From Savitreella phatthalungensis (lineage: Eukaryota), in assembly GCA_051599415.1 (NCBI GenBank), contig AP039694.1, positions 558,001 to 622,000 of the forward strand: 64,000 nucleotides of DNA, in the 5' to 3' direction. The position numbers and the translations under genes are program-made. The notes beneath the pieces were generated by a model, which was not told the origin of the DNA, searched no databases, and was given only the letters and a program-made list of their open reading frames with translations. How positions within the stretch are numbered: the first letter of the stretch is position 1; the number at the start of each line of letters is the position of its first letter. Positions 11,772-23,478 of this stretch are shown here, piece by piece.

Positions 11772-12122
11772 CGCTCTGCCGATTGTCGAGCGCAATGTCA
11801 ACAGCTTGGCAAGTGAAGTCAACTTATATCAGCATATCCTGCAGAAGCATCCTCGCAGGAAAATTCTAACTGCTGTCGAAGGCAGTCTCTGCGCGCCTGT
11901 GGCTAGGTATAATTCTTACATTTTTGGGTCCGATGAAACATTCCCATGGGAGTCTCGATCTCCAAGGCAGTCTGCTCGAGTCCGGAGTGCATCGAGCTCC
12001 AGAGTTCCCTGGAGTCCTGGAGTCCCGGAGCGCAGGTCCACGGTTTGTGTGTGGTCGGCCCCACATTGATGTTGTCCTGGTGTAACAACAACTTCGAACA
12101 TTATTTCATTTAGAACGATAGC

Positions 12123-12215
12123 ACGCGTCAAATCGACGGAATCAGTCGAGCTCGGAACGTGTCTCGAAAACGTTCGCGTAGGCGTCTTTCGAGACGCGCA
12201 TCGTACGTGTCGCGA
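12123..12215. promoter_or_regulatory. Cluster of MCB-like (ACGCG) elements in the RNH1/POT1 divergent promoter
   Basis: ACGCGT 12123-12128, TTCGCGT 12173-12179, ACGCG 12194-12198, TCGCGA 12210-12215. Confidence 0.55.
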
Positions 12216-12306
12216 CGTCGATCAGCAACTCCATCGCGATGGATGTGCGATTGCTTAATCCACACAGTCCTTACCAAATTCCATATCTAGTCTGGGACGC
12301 TTGATC

Positions 12307-14412
12307 ATGCTTGCCCACCCAGGCGCCGCGGCGATGTCGATGCAGAAGAGATCCGACTTTACTCCATCGTCCGCAAGTGCAAGTGCGACTGATGTCTCAA
12401 AGCTGCCACTGCTTCACCATTTGCAAACTCTGTCAGGCTTTTCCGCCATCGGGAGCCTCGAGAAGCCATATGTCCTTGTCGACTTGATCGGTCGCGTGGA
12501 TCGATTTGGCGAGGCCAAGCTGACCCGCAAGGGCGAGTATTGCAAGTCAATCGTGCTCTGTGACCCTTCTGCCAGCAATTCTCACGAAGGCTTGATGTTG
12601 CAGTTCTACCGATTTGAAGCGACTCAGTTACCGAGTGTCGCCGAAGGTTGTTTCATGGTTCTCAAGCGATTCAAGACAGCCACATGGAACGGAGGTCTAC
12701 AGGCGTGGACAAATGACATGTCGTCTTGGGCCGTCTTTGATCAAGCCGGCACACAACTACTGTATACGTCCCCCAATATTGCACATCTCCCAATGCCACC
12801 TACAATCCGAGCTTATGTGAAGCGACTAGCAGGCTGGACTGCAATCACAAAGCCGAATGTACCTGCCTGCACATTCGACTCTACGCGAAAGACATTCGTC
12901 AGTGAGCGGACACACGATCAGTCCGTGGTTTCTTCTGATGCGCCGACGACGACCACCGAAGAGATTGTCAGAGTGCCTGTGGCTGCCTCATATGGACGCA
13001 AGACATGCCTCATCAAGGACCTCGAACCGCGCAAGTTCTATGATGTCTATGGCTATGTCGTCAAGCTGTTTCAAGCGCGTGACGATGCATATACAGCGTA
13101 TATCACAGACTACACACGTAATGATTTGCTGCTGGAATACAATGAGTTTGGGGCCGACCGTTCGGATGGCAGCGGAGGTGGTCGAGCTAATAAGCAGTGG
13201 CGTGGGCCACTTGGCAAGCTTACCATGCAGGTGACCTTGTGGCAGGCTAATGCCTGGTGGGCAAAGGAAAACATGAAGGAAGGCCAGTACGTCCTCATAA
13301 AGAATATGCGTACCAAGTTGAATCATCAGAACGTGCTTGAGGGACAGGTTGATGGCGATAGGCGATATCCCGACAAAGTGCTTGTGCATGAATTGGAGCC
13401 AGAAGAGGCACTCGTCAGACCGATCCGCGTGCGCAAGACCGCCTACGAAATGTCACACAAACGGTTGCTCGAGCTAGCTGAAGACGAACGGAAACAAGAG
13501 CAGCAGCGGAAAAAGCTCGAAGCCATGCCCAAACCCACGAATGTCAATCCGAATGTTCAGTGTTCATACGAGCAAGTGCCAGTCTCTCCCATTGCTGACA
13601 TTCTGTCGCCACAGCTCACGACAACTGGCAACAACAAGCTTCCACCAGCTACGAGGTATCGAATCATGGGCAAGGTAGTCGACTTCTTTCCGACAGACAT
13701 TCGCGATTTCTGTAAACCATGGTGTCGACGATGCCAAGCGACGTGCGCAGAGCCTGTCTGGCACACAATTGATGGCGAGTACGAGGACGAGTCTGGGCCG
13801 GAGACCGTGGATGAAGATGGTGACGCTTCGGTCGATATGACCGATTTCCCCGTGGAAGGCAGCATCAATACGCAGGCCATGCTCATGACGCAACCGAAAG
13901 AGCACCCTCCGAGAAGAACGCCACGACGGCGGTTGCTCTGCACGGATTGTAACTCCCTATCGGACCTGGACGAAGTCGTGTCGTGGGTGTATGCATTCAC
14001 GACCTTAGTTGAGGACGCCGATCATTGCTGTTTGCCAGTCATTTGGTCCGGCTCCGAAGTGTGCACACTCCTGGGTCTCGACATGGACGAAATGACCGAC
14101 GAGCCGCCCGTGAACTCGCCGCTCGAGCCGTGCGATTTGCGAGACCCGCGCAACGCCAAAACGGTTGACCTTCTCCGTCAAAAGCTCTTTAACTTCTGGG
14201 GAGACTTAGAAGAGAGGTTGTGTGGTGAAGATGGCTTACATCCCATGTCAATCAGTGACTCGCCGTCTGTAGATAAAGACCGCATGCGCAGCGTCGAGCG
14301 GATGTTCGTCGAAGTCTGCGTCGCAGCTTACACGATACCAGGGAATGGCATTGCAGGATCAGCCGGATGGGGAGGACGGCGGTACAAGGGCTTCGGCACC
14401 CGCATTCTTTGA
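12307..14412 (+). CDS. POT1: Protection of telomeres protein 1 (OB-fold ssDNA telomere-binding protein)
   Basis: OB1 (DLIGRVD..LMLQFYR..LP), OB2 (LIKDLEPRKFYDVYGYVVK..YITDYTRN), C-terminal OB (YRIMGKVVDFFPTDIRDF) with two CxxC motifs, terminal FGTRI. Confidence 0.9.
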   Translation: MLAHPGAAAMSMQKRSDFTPSSASASATDVSKLPLLHHLQTLSGFSAIGSLEKPYVLVDLIGRVDRFGEAKLTRKGEYCKSIVLCDPSASNSHEGLMLQFYRFEATQLPSVAEGCFMVLKRFKTATWNGGLQAWTNDMSSWAVFDQAGTQLLYTSPNIAHLPMPPTIRAYVKRLAGWTAITKPNVPACTFDSTRKTFVSERTHDQSVVSSDAPTTTTEEIVRVPVAASYGRKTCLIKDLEPRKFYDVYGYVVKLFQARDDAYTAYITDYTRNDLLLEYNEFGADRSDGSGGGRANKQWRGPLGKLTMQVTLWQANAWWAKENMKEGQYVLIKNMRTKLNHQNVLEGQVDGDRRYPDKVLVHELEPEEALVRPIRVRKTAYEMSHKRLLELAEDERKQEQQRKKLEAMPKPTNVNPNVQCSYEQVPVSPIADILSPQLTTTGNNKLPPATRYRIMGKVVDFFPTDIRDFCKPWCRRCQATCAEPVWHTIDGEYEDESGPETVDEDGDASVDMTDFPVEGSINTQAMLMTQPKEHPPRRTPRRRLLCTDCNSLSDLDEVVSWVYAFTTLVEDADHCCLPVIWSGSEVCTLLGLDMDEMTDEPPVNSPLEPCDLRDPRNAKTVDLLRQKLFNFWGDLEERLCGEDGLHPMSISDSPSVDKDRMRSVERMFVEVCVAAYTIPGNGIAGSAGWGGRRYKGFGTRIL

Positions 14413-14503
14413 TCCTGCCGAGGCAACGCTAGTCGTGCAGATTAGCAATGATTGATTATCTCTACGTCGGCGTCTTCTGCTTGCTCGCAAGGGAGTTTTC
14501 GAC

Positions 14504-16810
14504 TCACTCGAGTGACTGGCTCGACCTGATCGCCGGATTCGGGTCACGAGTCAAGGTGTCTCGATGAGGTGAAGTCTGCGGTGCCACGGAGTATATCTGA
14601 TCAGCGGGCTGCTTGACTCTGTCGCTAGCTTTTCGCATCGTCCTGGCCGCAAGCTTATCATGCCTGATCCGTGCCTTCTCACGTTGTACTGCAAGCCTTG
14701 CCTCGGCTTTCTGACGTTTCTTGAGGTCTTTGGCATCCCTCTTCTCTTGCGAACGCTTTGCACGCTTTTCTTTTGAAGACAGCATGAACATCGCTGCTGC
14801 GTGACCTGTGCCAGCGTCGGCTTGCGATCCTTGCTGTCCACCGTCAGAGCTGTCTTGCGCAGAAGACTCTCCCGCACGAATGTTGATATCGTTCGACGTG
14901 GCAGGTCGAAGCCACTTCTTCTCTTCTCGCCGCAGACGTTTTGGCACCTTTATACCGAGACGAGCCAGCGGCCCTCCTGATGTGAAGACCTCGTCGGTCA
15001 GCTCCCGACGGGTAGGCAGTCGTCGCCCTCTTAAAGAGTGATCGACTAGCCATGTGCCCACGACGAACTCGTCTCGTGTCAGTCTTCCCTTCGAACCTCG
15101 GTCACACAGATCGTAGATTTGCTCAAGCACATCTGCCTGTAAACGGGAGCGCGACCAAATATCTCGCACGACCACGTTCGCCACATCGTCTTTGGCTGCC
15201 GATGCAGGATCTTCAATCGTCCTGTCATCCGCCAGGTCGACGAACGAGAGACAAAGACCTTTGTTTGTAGCCCAGAGACGCTCGTAGCGTTTGCGTTCCT
15301 CTTGTGATATCCCGCGAATTCGGCCCTTCTTGAGAAACTTCACTTTGAGTGTGGCGTCCTGATTTGAGTCTGATCGCAACGTGACAAGACCGATGCGATG
15401 CGGAATATACTGATGAGGCTCGCCTCCGATATCTCCGGGACCTGGCAGCGGTCGACGCGGCGGATGCTCGGCAAAGGACAAGGATGCAGCCGTCAATGCA
15501 GCGCGGGCACCTGCATCGTCCATGGAAACACGCCCGACAGGCGTCGAGCCGAGCCCGTGTGGAGGTGGCGACAATGAACTATGGCGTATACCCGGAAGAT
15601 TGCTGACGGACCGATGTGCCCTATGTTGGACGCCGATGCGAGACAATGATACTGGAGGGCCCATTGAGGCGGCCACTGGAGGTTGAAGCTGTCTTGCCGA
15701 AGCACTCGTGCTGTCTTGGAGTGCTGAAGCCAGGTCACGGTGTGCTTGCTGCACGCTAAAGACAGAAGGAGGTCGATTGTGAGCGGCACGCGATGCTGGT
15801 CGGGAGAAGCCGTGTTGCGAAAGCGGCTCGGTATTCATTCCGATTTCCTGCTCGTACGCGTGCATATCACGGTCCTGGGCAAAACTCGTTCTTGCGGCTG
15901 CCAGAGGTCCGCGGAATCCGCTATCTTGAGACTCCATGAACTGGTTGATCTCGGCGGCAAGATGGTCCGAGCCTGCACTCCTTGATCGGCCCGGCAGTGG
16001 TCCGTATTCATGCTGCAGAAGAGCCTCTACCGGAGGGGAAGGTAGATGCAAGACAGGCATACGATCCGGGCTGTAGCGCAAAGGCAAATTGTCGGATGAA
16101 CGGTGCTTCCAAGCATCGGCGACATGACCCGATGGCTCTCTAGGTTGTTTGACACCAGCGTTCTGCGACCAGGAGGCCTGGGTCTGTGATACAGCAGGCT
16201 CTGAGAGCTTAGTCGCCGAGGCTGACCACGCTTTGCTTGCAGCGGCCAGGTAAGGTGTCACAGCGGGTCGAGACGGTGTTGGTCTCAGGATACGGGTCGT
16301 TTCAGGTGCGGCGGGAGTTACCACGGGAGAAGCTTGTCGTGGAACGTCTGTGGAAGAGCGATCGAACAGCGATGCGTCGGTCTCTGTATGTGATGATATA
16401 TTAGTTTGCGTCGATCGTGTTTGGCTTGCTTGAGCACTGGTCTTTGCCACATAGCTAGCACGCGCAACCGACCGGTGAGCACCGTTCTTACTCTGACCGC
16501 CAGCCGATAGAGACTCAGCCTGTGTCACGGCACTTCCTGGCTTTGGATCCTTTTGCGACGATAATTGTGCTGCTCGAAGTGCTACGGCACTTGCTCCCGA
16601 GCTCAAAACCCCGGGAGGGTATTTTGGCTTTGAGGACGGTTTTCCATGATTTGATGGTGTCGGTGTAGCCACGGGTCTGATTTGAGGTGATGACATGGAT
16701 ACTGACTTGTTGACCTCAGTTGACCATCCGTCACTCCGATGAGAAGATTGTCTGCGCACAAGGGACTCGCTGCCCACGAGCGATGGCACCGGAGCAGTCT
16801 GTAACGACAT
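14504..16810 (-). CDS. IRS4: EH-domain protein, Irs4/Tax4-like
   Basis: Low-complexity N-terminus, then ERKRYERLWATNKG and VVRDIWSRSRL..LEQIYDLCD..LTRDEFVVGTWLVD EH domain. Confidence 0.8.
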   Translation of the reverse strand: MSLQTAPVPSLVGSESLVRRQSSHRSDGWSTEVNKSVSMSSPQIRPVATPTPSNHGKPSSKPKYPPGVLSSGASAVALRAAQLSSQKDPKPGSAVTQAESLSAGGQSKNGAHRSVARASYVAKTSAQASQTRSTQTNISSHTETDASLFDRSSTDVPRQASPVVTPAAPETTRILRPTPSRPAVTPYLAAASKAWSASATKLSEPAVSQTQASWSQNAGVKQPREPSGHVADAWKHRSSDNLPLRYSPDRMPVLHLPSPPVEALLQHEYGPLPGRSRSAGSDHLAAEINQFMESQDSGFRGPLAAARTSFAQDRDMHAYEQEIGMNTEPLSQHGFSRPASRAAHNRPPSVFSVQQAHRDLASALQDSTSASARQLQPPVAASMGPPVSLSRIGVQHRAHRSVSNLPGIRHSSLSPPPHGLGSTPVGRVSMDDAGARAALTAASLSFAEHPPRRPLPGPGDIGGEPHQYIPHRIGLVTLRSDSNQDATLKVKFLKKGRIRGISQEERKRYERLWATNKGLCLSFVDLADDRTIEDPASAAKDDVANVVVRDIWSRSRLQADVLEQIYDLCDRGSKGRLTRDEFVVGTWLVDHSLRGRRLPTRRELTDEVFTSGGPLARLGIKVPKRLRREEKKWLRPATSNDINIRAGESSAQDSSDGGQQGSQADAGTGHAAAMFMLSSKEKRAKRSQEKRDAKDLKKRQKAEARLAVQREKARIRHDKLAARTMRKASDRVKQPADQIYSVAPQTSPHRDTLTRDPNPAIRSSQSLE

Positions 16811-18434
16811 GCAAACCAACAGCTCAGCTTTGTCAGGACGATCACTAATGCTTGGGGCCCATTGTGAACTACTGTTGCAAAGACATCGTCATCTGGACCT
16901 GGTCAACTAGTGATTATGAGGATTCGAAGGCGACGTAGTGGCGCGTCAGATGTGGAGAATTCTGTCCGCTAGGCTGGCTGATGCCTGTCACTTGTGTGAG
17001 AGCGGGCGAAACCGTGTTTTGAGTGTGCGCGCAAGCAATGCCGATCTCACCAGTCAACGTGATTAATCAAGCTTGCGACCTGCGTTTTGGCAATGAAGCG
17101 GTACAGCGATCACGGAAGCGGCCTTTGTGGGCTAGTGCTGTCTTTCACAGCGCGTGGAAAGCGTCAAAGAGAGAGAGACGTGTCAGGTCTGAAATCTCGT
17201 GCGCTTTGTCACGATAAGTATTCACTTCGATCAAAGCCCAGCTATAAGACTTGTATTACAGGGAAGGGATCAACTCGACATGCGTACGTATACGTGCTTG
17301 CGTGCATCGAACTGGAAATTGCCGTTGTTGTCTGTATATCACACAGTACTTCTGTAACGTATGGACATTATTATTCAAATCTGTGCATTCAGGTATATTG
17401 ATCAGCTAGCTCTTCTGAATTATGATGTTCACATTCGATGAATAAAAAGTGGTCTTGTGATTTCAACTGATTTTCAAATCACATTTAGCTGATATAAATT
17501 TAGTCATATCAAGTATACGTATATGCGCAAGAATACCAATTCAAATATATAACAAATTGCACGAGACTAGCTACAATCTCTGCATATGAGATCGAATTCA
17601 CCGATCGTCTTTTGGGTCAGTCAGCTTGCCATCCTTGAGTCGGCTCAGGAGACATATAAAACCTGAATGTAAAGACAGTCAAGAGATCTCAACATTTTGA
17701 GACCTGGTCTGTACAGCAACCAGATTTCAGATTGAATTTTTGTGTATGTTTATGCATTTATCCCATGGATAGGAGACCGCCATCCAGCTCCGTGGATTAC
17801 TGGCATTCATATGCGGTATGAAGAAAGCGTAAGAATGCCAAGAAAGGAAGAGAGGGTGAATCTGAAGACGGCATATAATATCAAGTGCCAAATTTAGCAT
17901 CTTGCACTCATGAGTGTATGGCTGAAACACCCACAGCATATTCCAGGTCTTGTCCTGCATGTACTTGCATCATTACAAGGATTCAGTGCATGGGAGACTG
18001 ACTGCTTGCAAGCTCTTCGAAAATGTTTGTTGGAAACTCAGCTGGGCTGGATATCTAAACAGCAGCCAAGCATGTGAACAACCTGACGTATCATGCACGA
18101 TCGATGAACTGTCCACTGCATCCACACACCGGTTTCGTATCACCCTTTCCGACAACTCAAGCTCACACAACCACGACTAAATACAACCACAAGAACCACG
18201 GCGGTCTTGCGTCGCGGCTCGGTACGGCGGTACGGCGCAAGGACTGCATATATGCTGTTGTTTGTCTCGCCACTCTATTCCTGCTGATGCTGTGGATCCG
18301 CGACTAGGTCACTCGAGAGCAGAAGAAAGAGCCATTCCGTTCCCAAAGCGCAAATACTGATAGAGATTTGCAAGTCTCAGAAGGTAGACGTCATCCAGCG
18401 CTCTGAGCGGCGCTCACTGCCTAGAGTCTACGCC

Positions 18435-19547
18435 ATGGGTAGACTCAGAAGGGCATGTGCTTCATGTAATCGCTTCTGCTTTCGCGCTTCGAAGATCTTC
18501 CCACTGTGCATCGTCTCCGCAATGATTTCCTGGGGATGGGTGATTTTCTCCATTACGATCTGCTTGCAACGCATCGGTGGTATAACGGGTTTCTTGTTAT
18601 TCTCAATCTCCTCAATTCTCTGCTTCATGGTGACCTGGAGCTACTTCACTGCTTCTCTCACACCTCCTGGTTCACCTTCTGGCCGAGTGGCACATGCTGA
18701 CGATGGAAAGCTCTCGCTGCTTCCGCAGCACAGCATGCGCTCGGCTGCAGAGACACTACGAGCAGTCACACGCAAAAGTGATGGTGGCAAGCGTTATTGC
18801 TCGAAATGTGACTACACAAAACCCGATCGAGCGCATCATTGTCGCGCATGTGGTCAGTGCGTCCTCAAAATGGACCATCACTGCCCTTGGTTGGCGACCT
18901 GCCTCGGCTACCGTAACTATAAGGCTTTCGTGCTTTTCCTCCTCTACACGGCAATTTGGTGCCTCTACATGACTTGTGCTGCTGGTCTCTTCCTCTGGAC
19001 ATTTTTCGAGAGCACCAATCCTGAGGATATTGATGCAACGCTTTTGCCGATCAACTGGATAGTGCTCTTCGTTTTGGCCGCCGTGATCACAATTGTCGTT
19101 GGCCTCTTTGGATCATGGCATCTCTATCTACTACTCCGTAACTACACGACCATCGAGTACATGGAGGAGACGCGATTCGTAGGCGATCAGCACATGTACA
19201 GGAGCAAACGTAAGGACGGCCGCCCGCCACCGAAGCTGATCAACATCTTCGATCTCGGAGCCCGACAAAATTGGACGCAGGTCATGGGTGACCGGCCGCT
19301 CGGCTGGCTCGTGCCTACGCCCTCTGTGCGAGGGGATGGAAAGCACTTCGATATCTCTGCAGTAGCACAGAAGCGGCTGGAAGAGCGGCGAAATGCAGAA
19401 GAGCGGCATACGGAAGGTCACCGGGACTTGCATGGCTACGTGGAATCCGATTTCCGAGAAAGCTTCGACTCCGCGAACGGAAGACAGAACATGAGCAGTG
19501 ATGATGCCAGTGGTGAGGATGACCTGGAGGCAGCCAGACTGACCTGA
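18435..19547 (+). CDS. PFA3: DHHC palmitoyltransferase
   Basis: CSKCDYTKPDRAHHCRACGQCVLKMDHHCPW, four TM segments, TTIE and NIFDLG..NW motifs. Confidence 0.9.
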   Translation: MGRLRRACASCNRFCFRASKIFPLCIVSAMISWGWVIFSITICLQRIGGITGFLLFSISSILCFMVTWSYFTASLTPPGSPSGRVAHADDGKLSLLPQHSMRSAAETLRAVTRKSDGGKRYCSKCDYTKPDRAHHCRACGQCVLKMDHHCPWLATCLGYRNYKAFVLFLLYTAIWCLYMTCAAGLFLWTFFESTNPEDIDATLLPINWIVLFVLAAVITIVVGLFGSWHLYLLLRNYTTIEYMEETRFVGDQHMYRSKRKDGRPPPKLINIFDLGARQNWTQVMGDRPLGWLVPTPSVRGDGKHFDISAVAQKRLEERRNAEERHTEGHRDLHGYVESDFRESFDSANGRQNMSSDDASGEDDLEAARLT

Positions 19548-20484
19548 TCAGTGGTAGTTTAGGTATGGCGCATAGGCTTGGTCATATACAACGCGTTTTA
19601 TCTACCTACAGTTTCTACGCATGCGACTTCACATCATGGCAGCCTCGGGTCGTAGCTAGCTGAGAAAAATTTGCTCACGCGACAGCGATCCTTTGGCCAG
19701 ATTTGGCTGGCCCTCAAAAGTGCGATCACCTTCGAGCATCGCCTCGACTGGACGCGGACACATGCTCATTCGAAGAGTTGCACCGTGTTACGAGTCCTGC
19801 TTCTGTGTGGATTATAAATTAGAGCAGTATACGTTTTTATGATGTTCTGAGTTGAGAGTATCCTGGATGAATTCGATATATTCCTCGATGCACGACGTCA
19901 TATCGATCGTATATAATTGCACCTAGCTGAGCGTGCGGAGACCACATTAGCCGCAGATGATTTACCTGAATATTCTACAGGTTTTTATCATTCGGAAAAA
20001 TCCATGGCCAAATTAATATGTATACGTACTCGATCGTGTTTACGCACTTGCACGCCCACGGTGTACAACGTGATTAACTATGAGATTGTGCTGAATGTGA
20101 ATTTCTAGATTAATTATAGCTGCACATATATGTGCATCAATGATAATTAATTAATAAATCATCCTTGAGCTCGGTATTCGAGATTACAGCTGTCCTGCAT
20201 CAATTTGTACTGTATTCAGCTAGAAGTTCACGGATTGATCGAGCATGTATTTGATCATGCGCATGAATGCCATCAAGTGTATCTTCTGATATACTGTATC
20301 TGAATAACGAAGTAATCGTCTCGAGATCCTCGCGGACGGTCCGTGGTCCAAGGACAGGACAAAAGGACCAGACTGTCCTACATCCAACACATTCCGCGGA
20401 GAGCGAGGGTGAAGCTTGAAAGCTGCTACGGCATCATATGTGGCCTACAGCTAGCATCAAATTGACCGGAGTGCCCTTGCGATC

Positions 20485-23478
20485 ATGTCGAAGAGAGCCG
20501 AGGCTGACCCAAAGGGTTCTGCCACGCTCGACAGCTACGGCGAGCAGATCAGGACATCCTGCAAAACTTATGAGGGCTCTTTGAAGCGTTGGAAGGCCAG
20601 GCGGAAGATCTTTCTTGCCCTTTTGCAGACATGGGCCCCATATCCGCAGCTGAAGGAGAATCCGATTGACAAGATGCGCCTCGAGCTCATTGATGCCGAA
20701 ATCAAGCGCCAGACCGAGAGGCTGGAGAGATGTGCTGCAAATCTGGCTAAGTTTGAAGAGCTGCAAAGTCAGATGCTACAGATTGCGGCAGTTGCTGCAG
20801 CCGACGGGGTGGCATCTGCAGGTGGTGCGCACGAGGAAGCTATGGGGGACGAGGACGCTATCATGGAGATATGCGAGGAATTAGACGATGACGACAACAT
20901 TATCTCTGCTACAGTGACGCCTAGAGATCAGCGAAGCGTTGAAATGATTACCGGCTTGATGTCTAGGCCGTCAGTAGACCTCGAGTCGCGGAGCGGAGGC
21001 GAGTCGACTAAGGAATTGATATCCGGGCAGGCGACATCTTGTGAATCTCACAATTCGGCGCTGGCTGAAATACCAGACGTGGAAGTTGGGTCGACCGACA
21101 TTACCGGAACAACAAATCCTGGGCTATTCAAGGTCACAACGAACGCAGCCGGCGAGCAAGAGCTCGTCAGCGATTCTGGAGGTTTCCAAATCAGTGTCTT
21201 ACCGCCTGAAGAGATGAATGCAATCGCAGAATCAGTTGATTGGGATGCTCTAGAGTTCGAGCAATCCGATGGAGATCTGGACGAAATCGAGGACGAATAT
21301 GGAAGAACGAAATCCGCCATCCCCATTCCAGCTCTACTACAACGCCCTGCCGCCGACTTAGAAAAAATGAAGGACGAGCCACAGCGGCTGCACTCTGATA
21401 CTTCGAACCCCTCAGATCATGTCATTGCGGACACGGCACCAGCATCAAAGAAGAAACTAGTCTTTGCTGACAATCTCGTTCGTGGTCCCACACCATCTGG
21501 CACGCCAACGAAGTCCGTGCTCAAGAAGACCACTTCATATCCGCTTTCGCCCGATAGTGACAGTGTCACTCAGCCGTCAGTCGAGACTGTGTCGGAGCAC
21601 CAGACAACGGACTTGCCGAAGCAGTCGCGCTTCAAGATGGCTAGATCCAGTACGGACCTCAAAATTGCAGCCCGTCACGCGCAACCCAGTCAGGCCTACA
21701 AGGCTAAGCTCAACGACACCGCGCCAATGGCAGATCGGGTCGTGGAGAAGGACTCGGACGATGAGGGTGCGCAGGTGCGCGTTGCAACGCGGCCAGAGCC
21801 ACCGCAGCGCACGTCGTCGGCCAATTTGACACGGGAAGAGCGTGATCGTCTATATCCAAAGAAGACGAATCTTGCGAGTGTCGATCTCGACGAGGAGGCT
21901 GGGCTGGTGAAACGAGAATTCTCTGCGCCGACACTTTCTCCTGAGGCGCTTGAAGCTATTCGCAAAAAGCGCGAGGCTTTGGGCAAACGCCACAAGCGCC
22001 GTAAGTCTGCTGACCCGTCCCATCCGGTCAGATCGTCCAGTTTTGATGAGCATGGGCCCATATCACTGCATCACAATCGTTCGAAGTCATCGACAGATCT
22101 TGAGGCAGAGCACGGAGAGAAGCTGAAAGAGATTCGTGATGCACGGCTGCAGCGCGCGAAGGAGATCCTCAAGGCGCAGGATGACATCAAATGGGCGAAT
22201 CAGCCGCTCACTCCAGATTCGCCTGACGCGCTAGCAGATGTTCACGAGCTTGGCGCAGCGACAACACTCGACACGCAAAGCGGCTCTGCCGTTCCCGCTG
22301 TATTTGGAATTAAAGAAGATGAGCGGACGAGTTCAGTCGATACTCCAGGCACTTTCAAAAATCTCGACTCGTCTACCTCGAGTGTTATGGCCTCGCCTGC
22401 ACAGTCTGACCCAGGTGCAAAGATCTCCCCGCCATCAGGAGGTCGAACGCCGCCTGTGGCGCATGGCCCACCGATCGTCTCGCCCCGTGCCACGAAGCCG
22501 CCAACTCCTGAGCGGCGATCATCGATTGATCGTCCCTCTCCATTGTCGAATGAGATCAAGCCGAGCGTAGACAGGCAGGTCGCTTTCTCTCGTCAGGTTG
22601 TTGAACGGCTTGCGCCACTTCAGGAGGACGGCTCTGAGCCAACGGTTGTCGCCAACCTCAAGTCACCACGACGCATGCCTCCACGGGAGCCGAAACGGAA
22701 ACCATCAATCGATCCCCTGATTATCTCTCCAACGCCTGGGTCACCGCCACCGGAGAATCGTTCACGAGACCCGCTTGCAACAGAGCAAGAGGGCGCTGTG
22801 CACCACAACATGGTCAAAGCCACTCCACGCTCGCCGCCTCCGCATATAGCCATCCACGATCTGGTGTCTGAGGGCAGTCCGACATCACAGCGAGTGCGCT
22901 TGGAGATGAAAAGGGAGGCTGCCACAGCATTCCCACCTTTGAGCCAGGGGCAATCTGTCTCCAAGCCGGGAGAGACGTTCTCTTCGACGAGCGGCGCGAA
23001 GCAGAGTCACTCGATCGGTCACTCTGGTATGTAGTCCGTGCAGAAGCTGCCAATCAAAGCCTGAATATCAACTAATGTAACTGTAGGAAAAGCAAAAGTT
23101 TTGGAACAAAGACATCCAGATCACGGCAGTGACGCAACGAGACGGGGGCTTGTTTCAGATTGCTCTTCATCACCCTTGCCGTTGCTGAAAACTGAATCTG
23201 CTGAGCTCCTGGCTGCAAAAGGTGGTAACGCCGACGGCATTGATGGAAGCAACGATAGCGATGATGGCTATGACGAGGAGATGCACGCGCGAGAGGTCAG
23301 GGAGGCATATCATCGGTTGAGAAGCCGGATGATTCAGTCGCATGGTGGAGGCTTTGCAACGAGCGTAGACGATGATTGGGAGGTGTATGCGACCGACTCC
23401 GCTGACGGGATGCCCCGAGATGACGAAGAGCTTCAACGTATGTCGCGCTGGCGGTCTGCTCGGATGAAACCGTTGTAG
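20485..23478 (+). CDS. Bud27/URI-like protein with C-terminal DUF3835; intron 23027-23086
   Basis: IMEICEELDDDDNII motif. The intron GTATGT..ACTAAT..TAG joins the 20485 ORF in frame to the 23101 ORF, which ends EAYHRLRSRMIQSHGGGF..MSRWRSARM. Confidence 0.75.

Noticed and set aside
11985..12032. Short CCTGGAGT-like repeats
   Set aside because: Two to three degenerate copies without spacers; not CRISPR-like or telomeric
16850..18400. Large intergenic region as a candidate snRNA or telomerase RNA locus
   Set aside because: I recognised no snRNA, C/D box, Sm-site or template signature by eye; an Infernal search would be needed
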